From Macrostomum lignano (lineage: Eukaryota): DNA of 64,000 nucleotides. The notes below the pieces were generated by a model, which searched no databases, had not been told where the DNA came from, and saw only the letters and a list, made by a program, of their open reading frames with translations. Location of the stretch: contig NIVC01003103.1 of assembly GCA_002269645.1 (NCBI GenBank), positions 124,001 through 188,000 on the forward strand, given 5' to 3'. A program made the translations under genes and the position numbers. This document shows, piece after piece, positions 1-49,117 of the stretch (position 1 is the first letter of the stretch; every line of letters begins with the position of its first letter).

Positions 1-397
1 GGAGATGACGGAGACAGCCTGGAACGCCTACCCCTACTGCCGCACTGTGGTGGAGAACCCCGGCTACATGAAGGATAATTTCTTCATCAAGATCGAGTCC
101 ATGCACGTGCAGGACGCCGGCACGCAGGAGAATGTGCACCAGCTGCCGCCGAACCTGCTTCAGAAGCGCGAGGTTGTGTACATCGACATCGCCAACGACA
201 AGCTGTACTCAAACTCCGACTACAAGCGCGAGTTCGACCCCAAGCTGTTCAAGTCGTCCAAGACCGGCCGCGGCCCGCTCACCAACCGGCCCTGGTGGGA
301 GAACTTCGACGGCCCGGTGATGTGCGCCTACAAGCTGGTCACCTGCGAGTTCAAGTGGTTCGGCCTGCAGGGCCGCATCGAGAGCTTCATCCACACT
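1..397 (+). CDS. PITPN: Class I phosphatidylinositol transfer protein (PITP alpha/beta-like), internal exon truncated at the window start
   Basis: Translation [15 protein letters not shown]...VYIDIAND...[11 protein letters not shown]...PWW...[26 protein letters not shown] carries the hallmark PITP motifs. Donor ACT|GTGAGT at 398, phase 0. Confidence 0.95.
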
Positions 398-499
398 GTG
401 AGTTGCGAACTGCTGCTGTGCGCTGCTACCGGTGTAGCTGGGCCCTCCCAGTGCTGCTTCTGCTTCCAGTCACTGTCATCGTATCTCACTGGGCTACCC

Positions 500-1636
500 C
501 TCACTAGATAGCCTCATTAGATACCCCTGACTAGATACCCTCATTAGATACCCCTCACTAGATAGCCTCATTAGATACCCCTCACTAGATACCCTCATTA
601 TATACCCCTCACCAGATACCCTCATTATATACCCCTCACCAGATACCCTCATTAGATACCCCTCATCAGCTACCCCTCATCGGATACCCCTCATCAGCTA
701 CCCCTCACCGGATACCCCTCATCAGCTACCCCTCACCGGATACCCCTCATCAGCTACCCCTTACCGGATACCCCTCATCAGCTACCCCTTACCGGATACC
801 CCTCACCAGCTACCCCTTACCGGATACCCCTCACCAGCTACCCCTCACCGGATACCCCTCATCAGCTACCCCTCATCGGATACCCCTCATCAGCTACCCC
901 TCACCGGATACCCCTCATCAGCTACCCCTCACCGGATACCCCTCATCAGCTACCCCTTACCGGATACCCCTCATCAGCTACCCCTTACCGGATACCCCTC
1001 ACCAGCTACCCCTTACCGGATACCCCTCACCAGCTACCCCTCACCGGATACCCCTCATCAGCTACCCCTCACCGGATACCCCTCATCAGCTACCCCTTAC
1101 CGGATACCCCTCATCAGCTACCCCTTACCGGATACCCCTCACCAGCTACCCCTTACCGGATACCCCTCACCAGCTACCCCTCACCGGATACCCCTCATCA
1201 GCTACCCCTCACCGGATACCCCTCATCAGCTACCCCTTACCGGATGCGCCTCATCAGCTACCCCTCATCGGATACCCCTCATCAGCTACCCCTCACCGGA
1301 TACCCCTCATCAGCTACCCCTCACCGGATACCCCTCATCAGCTACCCCTTACCGGATACCCCTCATCAGCTACCCCTTACCGGATACCCCTCACCAGCTA
1401 CCCCTTACCGGATACCCCTCACCAGCTACCCCTCACCGGATACCCCTCATCAGCTACCCCTCACCGGATACCCCTCATCAGCTACCCCTTACCGGATACC
1501 CCTCATCAGCTACCCCTTACCGGATACCCCTCACCAGCTACCCCTCACCGGATACCCCTCATCAGCTACCCCTCACCGGATACCCCTCATCAGCTACCCC
1601 TCACCGGATACCCCTCATCAGCTACCCCTCACCGGA
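500..1636. repeat. 28-bp minisatellite filling the PITP intron
   Basis: Unit GATACCCCTCATCAGCTACCCCTCACCG; it ends about 20 nt before the acceptor. Confidence 0.95.
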
Positions 1637-1656
1637 TGCGCCTCGCCCACCCGCAG

Positions 1657-1824
1657 ATGGAGCGCCGGATCTTCACGAACTTCCACAGGCAGGTGTTCTG
1701 CAGCATGGACCAGTGGTACGGCCTCACCATGGAGCAGATCCGGAAGTGGGAGGAGGAGACCAAGAAGGAGCTGGACGACCAGATCGAGAAGGGACCCGCC
1801 CGCGGCGTCCGCGAGGACGACTGA
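1657..1824 (+). CDS. PITPN: PITP last coding exon
   Basis: Acceptor cccacccgcag|ATG, phase 0. MERRIFTNFHRQVFCSMDQWYGLTMEQIRKWEEETKKELDD...DD* matches the PITP C-terminus (FTNFHRQLFCW..KW..LTM.DIR..EEETK). Confidence 0.93.
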   Translation: MERRIFTNFHRQVFCSMDQWYGLTMEQIRKWEEETKKELDDQIEKGPARGVREDD

Positions 1825-2482
1825 CGCTCCAAGCCAGACCGCGGCTTCCTCCATTTCTAAGACTGACTGATTGCCTGTCTCTGAACTGCCTGCTCAAAGC
1901 TCTGCAACTCTGTGATGAAGCTGGCGCAGCATTACGGATGGGGCGAGGTTAAGTTCTGTAATCCGCTTTCCACTTTTGTTACAAGCCAGGCTTTCTCTTA
2001 GCTATTTTCAGTGTCCGGACTTCGACCGCCCTTCTGTTAATTTGTCCATCTATCTCAATTGGCAGACCGAATCTTTCAGCTCTTCCCAGCACAGCCGCCA
2101 GTACCGTCTTTATTTTTAATATGCGATTTTTCATATTTATATGTAATAATGATTTTGCCTGCTCTGCCAAGTGCCATCGATTATTGATTAAACTGTGCGT
2201 GCCTTTCGTGTCTGTTTTGATTGTAGTTTGGGTTCCTGCTTTCGATCCAACTTACTGATTCTGTTACGATTATTATTAATTCATAAATATATATGGAATA
2301 CTCTTCGCACCTTGATGTCGCTGTTCTGTCGCGGACACTGGGCCGGATCGGCAGGGTGCGTGCGGCTCGGCTATCTCGTTTCTTAGAAAATAATTGCGCT
2401 GTTGCGGCTTCGGTTCTTTTTTATCTTCTGCTGCTTTTTGCTTGGCTTTTTTGTGCCCCTGTTTTGATTCAAGTACAGCGGT

Positions 2483-4140
2483 GTGCTAGTGCTGTGCTGA
2501 GTGTACTATGGGTGTGTGCTAGTGCTGTGCTATGGGTGTGCTAGTGCTGTGCTATGGGTGTGTGCTAGCGCTGTGCTATGGCTGTGTGCTAGTGCTGTGC
2601 TATGAGTGTACTATGGGTGTGCTAGTGCTGTGCTATGAGTGTACTATGGGTGTGCTAGTGCTGTGCTATGAGTGTACTATGGGTGTGCTAGTGCTGTGCT
2701 ATGAGTGTACTATGGGTGTGTGCTAGTGCTGTGCTATGAGTGTACTATGGGTGTGTGCTAGCGCTGTGCTGAGTGTACTATGGGTGTGTGCTAGTGCTGT
2801 GCTGAGTGTACTATGGGTGTGTGCTAGTGCTGTGCTGAGTGTACTATGGCTGTGTGCTAGTGCTGTGCTATGAGTGTACTATGGGTGTGCTAGTGCTGTG
2901 CTATGAGTGTACTATGGGTGTGTGCTAGTGCTGTGCTATGAGTGTACTATGGGTGTGTGCTAGCGCTGTGCTGAGTGTACTATGGGTGTGTGCTAGTGCT
3001 GTGCTGAGTGTACTATGGGTGTGTGCTAGTGCTGTGCTGAGTGTACTATGGGTGTGTGCTAGCGCTGTGCTATGGGTGTGTGCTAGTGCTGTGCTATGGC
3101 TGTGTGCTAGCGCTGTGCTATGGGTGTGTGCTAGTGCTGTGCTATGGCTGTGTGCTAGCGCTGTGCTATGGGTGTACTATGGGTGTGTGCTAGCGCTGTG
3201 CTGAGTGTACTATGGGTGTGTGCTAGTGCTGTGCTGAGTGTACTATGGCTGTGTGCTAGCGCTGTGCTATGGGTGTGTGCTAGTGCTGTGCTATGGGTGT
3301 GTGTTAGAGCTGTGCTGAGTGTACTATGGCTGTGTGCTAGCGCTGTGCTATGGGTGTGTGCTAGTGCTGTGCTATGGCTGTGTGCTAGCGCTGTGCTATG
3401 GCTGTGTGCTAGTGCTGTGCTATGGCTGTGTGCTAGTGCTGTACTATGGCTGTGTGCTAGTGCTGTACTATGGGTGTGCTAGTGCTGTGCTATGGGTGTG
3501 TGCTAGCGCTGTGCTATGGGTGTGTGCTAGCGCTGTGCTATGGCTGTGTGCTAGCGCTGTGCTATGGCTGTGTGCTAGCGCTGTGCTATGGCTGTGTGCT
3601 AGTGCTGTGCTATGGGTGTGTGCTAGTGCTGTACTATGGGTGTGTGCTAGTGCTGTACTATGGGTGTGTGCTAGTGCTGTGCTATGGCTGTGTGCTAGTG
3701 CTGTGCTATGGGTGTGTGCTAGTGCTGTACTATGGGTGTGTGCTAGTGCTGTACTATGGCTGTGTGCTAGTGCTGTGCTATGAGTGTGTGCTAGTGCTGT
3801 ACTATGGGTGTGTGCTAGTGCTGTACTATGGGTGTGCTAGTGCTGTGCTATGGCTGTGTGCTAGCGCTGTGCTATGGCTGTGTGCTAGCGCTGTGCTATA
3901 GCTGTGTGCTAGCGCTGTGCTATGGGTGTACTATGGGTGTGCTAGTGCTGTGCTATGGCTGTGTGCTAGCGCTGTGCTATGGGTGTACTATGGGTGTGCT
4001 AGTGCTGTGCTATGGGTGTGTGCTAGTGCTTTGCTATGGGTGTGCTATGGCTGTGCAATAGATGAGCTAGTGCTGTGCAATGGATTTGCCAGTGCTGTGC
4101 AATGGCTTTGCCAGTGCTGTGCTATGGGTGTGCTATGGCT
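2483..4140. repeat. ~24-bp minisatellite
   Basis: Unit GTGCTAGTGCTGTGCTATGGGTGT with variants; source of the LWVCASAV/CYGCVL ORFs. Confidence 0.95.
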
Positions 4141-5469
4141 GTGATAAGCTACACGTCAAGAAAGGCAGCAGTGCCACCGAAAGTCAAGAAGCAGATTTGT
4201 GGCTGTATGGCCGCACAAAAACATCTGCTCATGTTTCAGTCTCAAAATAATTTTGTATTTACAGACATGGGGGGAATCTTCCCATTCACAGTGAGTATTG
4301 AGTAAACAGATGGCGTGTACGAGTACTTGCTTGTACATTGCACACCTGTTTGTACATTGTTGAAAATATCAGGTTTGTGAACAGAACGCAGCGCTGATGC
4401 TTTAACAAGATCCTTGAAATCCCATTTCAAGATTAAATCGACACTGACGCAAATGCTTATGATGAGAAACACCTGTGTATTCTTGCCAGCCAGTGCGGAG
4501 CAGAGAAAAATGATGACAGGCGACGATTGCCAGTGCATTGATTTTGCTCGGTGATTGCTGAGCACGCGAAAGTACTACGACATTGCGTGTTACTGTATGG
4601 CTCTGATGGCCTGGCTGATGCGGGGGCGGAGGAGAGGAGTGAGCAGATGAGCTACATGTAATAAAGTATTTTATGAAGGGGTATGGATGAGCATAGGTGG
4701 GCGGATGATAAAATGGTGCGCGGAGGGTGAGGAGTGAGGGAAGTTGAGGGGTGAGGGTGAGCGAAGGGTGAGGGGTGAGCGGAGAGTGAGGGGTGAGCGG
4801 AGTGGGAGGGGTGAGCGTCGTCAGGGGCTAGCGGATTTGAATGGGCGGTCTCCTCCGCCTCCTCGCTGCATATCCGCCGGACGCCCCTGCAGCTAAGTCA
4901 AAGTAAGTCAAGAGGGGTGAGGGGTGAGCGGAGGGCAGGGGATCAGCTCAAAGAGTCGCTCAACAGGCGGATGACAGAGTCAAACAGCGGCGCAGAGCAG
5001 AGCTACTAAAATGATGAAAAAATGCATTTCAGTTGTGCCTCGAGGACGCCTGCGGGCAAGTGCCGCAGAGAAGTGCAACATATTGTCAAGTGACAGTCAT
5101 GGCGCTGCCCCTTACATAGCAGGAATGCCTGAACATGAGCAGACAAAGCAGAAAGTAGAAAATGTTGCATTATGAACGCGGGTTGAAAGGACGCGCGAGT
5201 TCGGAGTGCTGCTGGCAATTCGCGGCAATTCAAAATGGTCTACGGGGAAGAGTTGTCAGAAATTAGCTCCACTTCATCGAAACAACTGCTAATATTTAGT
5301 ATTAGAAGGGCGGTTGCTAGGCAAAATTGGCGCGTTTCGGCGAGCATGGAGTTCCGGCGTCGGCGGATCTGCAATCGAAAGTTGTGGACGGACTTCGAGC
5401 TCAGCTATCGAGTGGACCACTGTGTGCTGTTGAGATGGCACTGAGAGTTCATGCCTTTGTGTGAGAGAT

Positions 5470-5960
5470 GGGGGAGCTGGGCTGAGGGGAACTAGGCTGG
5501 GGGGAGCTGGGCTGGGGAACTGGGCTGAGGGGAACTGGGCTGAGGCCTGAGGGGAACTAGGCTGGGGGGAGCTGGGCTGGGGGAACTGGGCTGGGGGGAG
5601 CTGGGCTGGGGGAACTGGGCTGGGGGGAGCTGGGCTGGGGAACTGGGCTGGGGGGAGCTGGGCTGGGGGAACTGGGCTGGGGGTGCTGGGCTGGGGGGAA
5701 CTAGGCTGGGGGAGCTGGGCTGGGGGAACTGGGCTGGGGGAGCTGGGCTGGGGGGAACTGGGCTGGGGGGAGCTGGGCTGGGGAACTAGGCTGGGGGGAA
5801 CTGGGCTGGGGGGAACTGGGCTGGGGAACTAGGCTGGGGGGAACTGGGCTGGAGGGAACTGGGCTGGGGGGAGCTGGGCTGGGGAACTAGGCTGGGGGGA
5901 ACTAGGCTGGGGGGAACTGGGCTGGGGAACTGGGCTGGGGGGGAGCTGGGCTGAGGGGGT
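5470..5960. repeat. G-rich ~15-bp minisatellite
   Basis: GGGCTGGGGGAACT-type units with dense G-runs. Confidence 0.9.
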
Positions 5961-6180
5961 GCAACCGGCAGCTGTACTGGGGGGAATTAGCTAGGCTATG
6001 TCGCTATTCTGACTTGCAGTTTAGTCGGGTCGAAATTCTTTTGAGCAGAGCTCCAACATGGCACTGATCCTTCCAGCCCCAGTGAGTTGCCAAATTCGAT
6101 GAAATAGAAATCGGGATAAAATCCCCAAAACACACTCGCCTTGAGCGGCGCTCGCTGGTCGAGGGGCAGCGGCCATCCGG

Positions 6181-42158
<35,978 letters not shown>

Positions 42159-43224
42159 TTGATGCTGGATGCTGGCGGGTTGGTTGAAGAATTCTTATCT
42201 CTTTCACACAGTCGGACTGCAGCTCCCGATCCAGCTTCATCAGTCACCTGGCGCCGCTGATCCCATATGGAAATCAGGGGAGGGGGCGGCGCCGCCATTG
42301 GCTGACGGCCGGCCTGCGAATCCAGCGCGGTTCTCGGCCGGCTTTGGCCCGAATGTCTCCCTCTCGCCTCCCCAACTTTGCCGCGAGTTCGCCAATTTGT
42401 CCCGCGAACCTCTCGGCTGGGCTGGGCTGAGAAATCAAGGCAAAAATGCAGAGTGGCGCAGCTGCTGGCCCGCCAACAACAGTCTGCTAGAGGGCCGGGG
42501 GATCTGAGAGCTCTCCTTCATCCCTTTCCAGCCTCCCCCTTTGGCTTCGATAATCATTTTTCCGTGTTCCACTCGGCCCGGCCCAGTGCTGAGCTGTGTT
42601 GGGCGGGGGCTAATCCCCCGCGATGGATAACTGCTCATTAGGCTGCGGTGGCGGCTTCAGCAGCTCCGTGTGCCGTCTTGAGCCACCACCGCCTTCAGTG
42701 ATTCGCCGACTTCCCACCGCTGACAGATGGCGATGGATACGCGGCTGCACCGTCTGCTGGAAACTCTCCCACAATGCCAGCCTCCACCACCTCCGATATC
42801 TGCCTGACAAACCCCTCCTCTCCTTGCCCCCGCCCGCCATCAACCCAGCCAGGCTCCCTTTGTGGGATAAATTTCCCTAAGCCGCTTTCTTTCCGGCAGC
42901 CGAGCTTCGAGCGGCATTCGACTTCAGCGGCCGCTGACTAAGAAGTGCACAGGGGGTGCTGGCAGGCTGACCCTTGTCAAGTATCCCCGAAATCCCCAGA
43001 TGCGGCTCGCGGGCGGGCAGAGCTGTCAGACCCAGTTTCTGGTGACACGGCTGCCCGGCTTGCGTAACTGTTGTTGCCGGCTTCGCAGCAGGAGGGATTC
43101 CTGCCGAGCCTCGGCTGCCAGTCCGTTTGACCGCTGGCGCGAGGCCTGCCTAAATACTGCCGCAGCTGCGCCTTGTCTTGCGGCCTGGGGCCCCGAGCCA
43201 CGGGGAGACAAGGGGAAGCACGGA

Positions 43225-44870
43225 ATCCCCTGCCATCTCCCCTGCCATCTACTCTGCCATCTCCCCTGCTATCACCTCTGCCATCTCCTCTGCCATCTCC
43301 TCTGCCATCTCCCCTGCTATCACCTCTGCCATCAATTCTGCCATCTCCCCTGCCATCGCCTCTGCCATCGCCTCTGCCATCTTCTCTGTCATCTCACCTG
43401 CCATCACCTCTGCCATCTCCTCTGCCATCTCTCCTGCCACCTCCCCTGCTATCTCCTCTGCTATCTCCTCTGCCATCTCCTCTGCCATCTCCTCTGCCAT
43501 CTCCTCTGCCATCTCTCCTGCCATCTCCCTGCCATCTCCTTTGCTATCTCCACTGCCATCTACTCTGCCATCTCCCCTGCCATCGCCTCTGCCATCTCCC
43601 CTGCCATCACCTCTGCCATCTCCACTGCCATCTCCCCTGCCATCTCCTCTGCCATCTCCCCTGCTATCACCTCTGCCATCTCCTCTGCCATCTCCTCTGC
43701 CATCTCCCCTGCTATCACCTCTGCCATCAATTCTGCCATCTCCCCTGCCATCGCCTCTGCCATCGCCTCTGCCATCTTCTCTGTCATCTCACCTGCCATC
43801 ACCTCTGCCATCTCCTCTGCCATCTCTCCTGCCACCTCCCCTGCTATCTCCTCTGCCATCTCCTCTGCCATCTCCCCTGCTATCACCTCTGCCATCAATT
43901 CTGCCATCTCCCCTGCCATCGCCTCTGCCATCGCCTCTGCCATCTTCTCTGTCATCTCACCTGCCATCACCTCTGCCATCTCCTCTGCCATCTCTCCTGC
44001 CACCTCCCCTGCTATCTCCTCTGCTATCTCCTCTGCCATCTCCTCTGCCATCTCCTCTGCCATCTCCTCTGCCATCTCTCCTGCCATCTCCCTGCCATCT
44101 CCTTTGCTATCTCCACTGCCATCTACTCTGCCATCTCCCCTGCCATCGCCTCTGCCATCTCCCCTGCCATCACCTCTGCCATCTCCACTGCCATCTCCCC
44201 TGCCATCTCCTCTGCCATCTCCCCTGCTATCACCTCTGCCATCTCCTCTGCCATCTCCTCTGCCATCTCCTCTGCCATCTCTCCTGCCATCTCCCTGCCA
44301 TCTCCTTTGCTATCTCCACTGCCATCTCCCCTGCCATCTCCTCTGCCATCTCCCCTGCCATCACCTCTGCCATCTCCACTGCCATCTCCCCTGCCATCTC
44401 CTCTGCCATCTCCCCTGCTATCACCTCTGCCATCTCCTCTGCCATCACCTCTGCCATCTCCTCTGCCATCTCCTCTGCCATCTCCTCTGCCATCTCCCCT
44501 GCCATCACCTCTGCCATCTCCTCTGCCACCTCCCCTGCTATCACCTCTGCCATCTATTCTGCCATCTCCTCTGCCATCTCCTCTGCCATCTCCTCTGCCA
44601 TCTCTCCTGCCATCTCCCTGCCATCTCCTTTGCTATCTCCACTGCCATCTACTCTGCCATCTCCCCTGCCATCTCCTCTGCCATCTCCCCTGCCATCTCC
44701 TCTGCCATCTATTCTGCCATCTACTCTGCCATCGCCTCTGCCATCTCCTCTGCCATCTCCCCTGCCATCTCCTCTGCCATCTATTCTGCCATCTCTCCTG
44801 CCATCTCCCTGCCATCTCCTCTGCCATCTCCACTGCCATCTACTCTGTCATCTATTCTGCCATCTCTTCT
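43225..44870. repeat. 12-bp minisatellite with higher-order blocks
   Basis: CTCTGCCATCTC family; the same variant blocks recur near 43325, 43725 and 43890. Confidence 0.95.
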
Positions 44871-45305
44871 GCGCCATCAGCACCTAGTCCAGCTCGGACA
44901 CTGGCGCCATCAGCACCCAGTCCAGCTCGGACACTGGTGCCATCAGCACCCAACTCAGCTCGGACACTTGCGCCATCAGCACCCAACTCAGCTCGGACAC
45001 TGGTGCCATCAGCACCAAACTCAGCTCGGACACTGGTGCCATCAGCACCAAACTCAGCTCGGACACTGGCGCCATCAGCACCAAACTCAGCTCGGACACT
45101 GGCGCCATCAGTACCCAGTCCAGCTCGGACACTGGCGCCATCAGCACCCAGTCCAGCTCGGATACTGGCGCCATCAGCACCCAACTCAGCTCGGACACTG
45201 GCGCCATCAGCACCCAGTCCAGCTCGGACACTGGCGCCATCAGCACCCAGTCCAGCTCGGACACTGGCGCCATCAGCACCCAGTCCAGCTCGGACACTGG
45301 CGCCA
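44870..45305. repeat. 33-bp minisatellite
   Basis: CGCCATCAGCACCCAGTCCAGCTCGGACACTGG units. Confidence 0.93.
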
Positions 45306-46289
45306 TTCAACCAGGAACGAAAAGTCCACTCGAGCAACGAGTTTCGCAATTCCCGGAATTGGCAATCTGAGAAATCGCCAAATGGAGAGGCAGATGGGGA
45401 TGCGGAGTCAGAAGTCCCCGGCCAGGTGAAGGGCAGCTGGAGGAGGCGGTGAGCAGGCAGTGAGTCAGTGCTGCTCAGCATCGCCCCGGCCAGCCTCCTC
45501 CGTGTGGAGAGGCAGTTTTCTTGGGCCCTCCCTCGGGTTATCGAATTTTCGAGGCAGGCGAGAGGCCAGTGAGGGAAGGTGGAGCCCGGCTCCGAAATCC
45601 CAGCCCCAATTACCGAGGCCTCCGCGGTCCTCAGCGGCCCTAACTCAATCAGAGGCTGCCCTGCCTGCCAGACTCGGCCCTTCAGCCCGAGCTGGGAGTA
45701 GTGGCAGCGAGTTCTTGATCTCGCACTCCCGCTCTCTTTCTCTCTGCCACTTGAGCCCCCCCCCCTTTGCCGTGGGAAACTTGTTCCCCAGCGCGTCGGA
45801 GGATAAGATTCCCTCCTGATGGGGAGGGAAGTTTCTAGCCGTGAGAGATACTGAGGATTCTGCAAGTGCGGGGATATCGGTGGGGGCAAGCGGCTTCATC
45901 AGCTCTCGCTGTGTTTCTGCATCTGTCTCCGAATCGACTCGGACGCTTGTGCTCTCGCCTCTCCTGCGGCACAGAAGCCCCGCCCCCCCTATGTTGGGAT
46001 CCGCACGGTGGGAAAATAATTGAGAAGCAGCTAATCCCGCAGGGCTCAAGCAGAAGACAGACGGATGAGCGCAGCGGTGCTTTGATCTGCGAAGCCCCGC
46101 GCTGCTGCCGCGGCGGAGTCCCGTCGGGGACCCGGCCGCTTCTCTTGAGCAGTCAAAGCGAATTCTTAATGACGCAACTTTCTGCCTCTTGTAGCTTCCC
46201 GCTGTCTGGGGTGCCACGGACTGCCGCGCTGCATCAGGCTGGCTGCTTTGGGACCTTCAGGCGTTGGGAGTAGCAGCTTGGTGCGGTCT

Positions 46290-46878
46290 GAGTCTGGGCA
46301 GGGTCTGAGTGTCTCTGGGCAGGGTCCGAGTGTCTCTGGGCAAGGTCTGAGTGTCTCTGGACAGGGTCTGAGTGTCTCTGGGCAGGGTCTGAATGTCTCT
46401 GGGCAGGGTCTGAGTGTCTCTGGGCAGGGTCTGAGTGTCTCTGGGCAGGGTCTGAGTGTCTCTGGGCAGGGTCTGAGTGTCTCTGGGCAGGGTCTGAGTG
46501 TCTCTGGGCAGGGTCTGAGTGTCTCTGGGCAGGGTCTGAGTGTCTCTGGGCAGGGTCTGAGTGTCTCTGGGCAGGGTCTGAGTGTCTCTGGGCAGGGTCT
46601 GAGTGTCTCTGGGCAGGGTCTGAGTGTCTCTGGGCAGGGTCTGAGTGTCTCTGGGCAGGGTCTGAGTGTCTCTGGGCAGGGTCTGAGTGTCTCTGGGCAG
46701 GGTCTGAGTGTCTCTGGGCAGGGTCTGAGTGTCTCTGGGCAGGGTCTGAGTGTCTCTGGGCAGGGTCTGAGTGTCTCTGGGCAGGGTCTGAGTGTCTCTG
46801 GGCAGGGTCTGAGTGTCTCTGGGCAGGGTCTGAGTGTCTCTGGGCAGGGTCTGAGTGTCTCTGGGCAGGGTCTGAGTC
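46290..46878. repeat. 21-bp minisatellite A
   Basis: CTCTGGGCAGGGTCTGAGTGT units, highly homogeneous. Confidence 0.97.
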
Positions 46879-47612
46879 TAATAGAGTAGAGTCTAAGTCT
46901 AATAGAACAGAGTCTGAGTCTAATAGAACAGAGTCTGAGTCTAATAGAGCAGAGTCTGAGTCTAATAGAGCAGAGTCTGAGTCTAATAGAGCAGAGTCTG
47001 AGTCTAATAGAACAGAGTCTGAGTCTAATAGAGCAGAGTCTGAGTCTAATAGAGCAGAGTCTGAGTCTAATAGAACAGAGTCTGAGTCTAATAGAGCAGA
47101 GTCTGAGTCTAATAGAACAGAGTCTGAGTCTAATAGAACAGAGTCTGAGTCTAATAGAACAGAGTCTGAGTCTAATAGAACAGAGTCTGAGTCTAATAGA
47201 TCAGAGTCTGAGTCTAATAGAGCAGAGTCTGAGTCTAATAGAACAGAGTCTGAGTCTAATAGATCAGAGTCTGAGTCTAATAGAGCAGAGTCTGAGTCTA
47301 ATAGAGCAGAGTCTGAGTCTAATAGATCAGAGTCTGAGTCTAATAGAGCAGAGTCTGAGTCTAATAGAACAGAGTCTGAGTCTAATAGATCAGAGTCTGA
47401 GTCTAATAGAGCAGAGTCTGAGTCTAATAGAGCAGAGTCTGAGTCTAATAGAACAGAGTCTGAGTCTAATAGAGCAGAGTCTGAGTCTAATAGAGCAGAG
47501 TCTGAGTCTAATAGAGCAGAGTCTGAGTCTAATAGATCAGAGTCTGAGTCTAATAGAGCAGAGTCTGAGTCTAATAGAATGGAGTCTGAGTCTAATAGAA
47601 CAGAGTCTGAGT
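46870..47612. repeat. 21-bp minisatellite B, directly continuing A
   Basis: GAGTCTGAGTCTAATAGAGCA units. Confidence 0.97.
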
Positions 47613-49117
47613 CAAGTCACAAAGAGTTACACCAAAAATTTATATTACTTTCATCCATTTTTCAATGTTCAACGACAGTAAAAAAGAACTTGAGAACTGC
47701 TGAAGTCAGACTAAAGATTAATATTGAATGCCACTAAAGTCGATACTGCTAAGCGGCGCACAACATGTATTTGTAAACAGGAGGTCCGTGCCGCCCAGCA
47801 CTGCAGCTGGAGCAGAAATTAAATATATAAAAATAAACATGCTAACAAAATTCTTGCTAAAACTCGGCAGTCTATACTGGTTACTGATGGCGTCAGTAGT
47901 ATGAAAGCGTGCTCTGAAAGCAAATTCTAAATGAAAAAATAGACGCACAGAGAGTTGGTGCACTGCTAGCTGGCTACCGCTAATACAACCTGTGTGAAAT
48001 TTAGCATGGGAAGAACACAAAATGCGGCTGGCACAGTGCTGCGACAAAGACCCAAATATTGGCTGCTGCCCAGAGATGTCAGCCCAGAACTGCGCCAATT
48101 TCTGCAACAAAAGATTTGCGAAAGCAACATGACCACACAGTTTCGGACAGTTGTTGGTCAGGCAAACAGCTTTGGAAAAATTTCCTAGTTGGGAAAATTT
48201 TGACAGGCATGGCAGCGGTGGCGGCGGCCCCCCCGTATCTGACAGGGAGATCTGCGGCTCCCAGCGCCAAGGCCAACTTAAAAGAGAACTTGGACTGACT
48301 GGCACCCCAGTTCCTGATAGTTCTTCAGCTGCCACACAGCAGGCAGGGGAGCTCGTGCCTCATCTTGCATCTTTCATTGAATTTATGAGAAACTTCTCGG
48401 GAGTCTGGCGTTCTGAATGTCGAGTTGCCAACAGTTTGCACAGGGGGCTCTGGTAGACAAGGTCGGACAGCTCCCCTGTCTGCTGTGCAAGCAAATTGAA
48501 ACCCTCCGGACACTCCGGGGCTCTGGTTCGAGCTCTCCATGCCAGATGCCAGCGCCAACAAGCTGGGCCGTTTTCGAGTCAGCTGCCTCTGACCTGTCAA
48601 AAATTCTCGCGTGTGAGAGAGAAAGAGAAGGGCAAACAGCCACTGGTTTTATACTTATTATTATGCTTATTATGTGCAAACAGGTTCGTATTGACTGACA
48701 GGCAGCTCATAGCCTATCTGAGCTGCTGTGTCCAAGGCAAATCCTTAGTTGCTATGGGGATGAGAAATTAACTAGAAAGGCTAAATATGATGAATTAGTA
48801 TTCCACACTCAATCAGCGCGAGTCTATTCTACTCTGAAGTAATAAAAAACAGCACAATAAAAATGTTGATGTGTAACAAAAGCAAAAAGTCGCAGTAAAC
48901 TTGGACGTGTCAAAGCACAAAGTTGCTTTGCTAACTAAAAGCAGATTAACGATTTTGATTAAAAATGTGTAAAATTATGAAATAACAATAAAAATTCCTT
49001 TTAAAGATAACCATATTGAGTATAAGACCGACTAGCCACATTGGCCTCAGTATCCAATGGGAAATCCCCTGTCTAAAAATAGACCCAATCAGAGCCCAAA
49101 AATAGCAACCATTCAAT

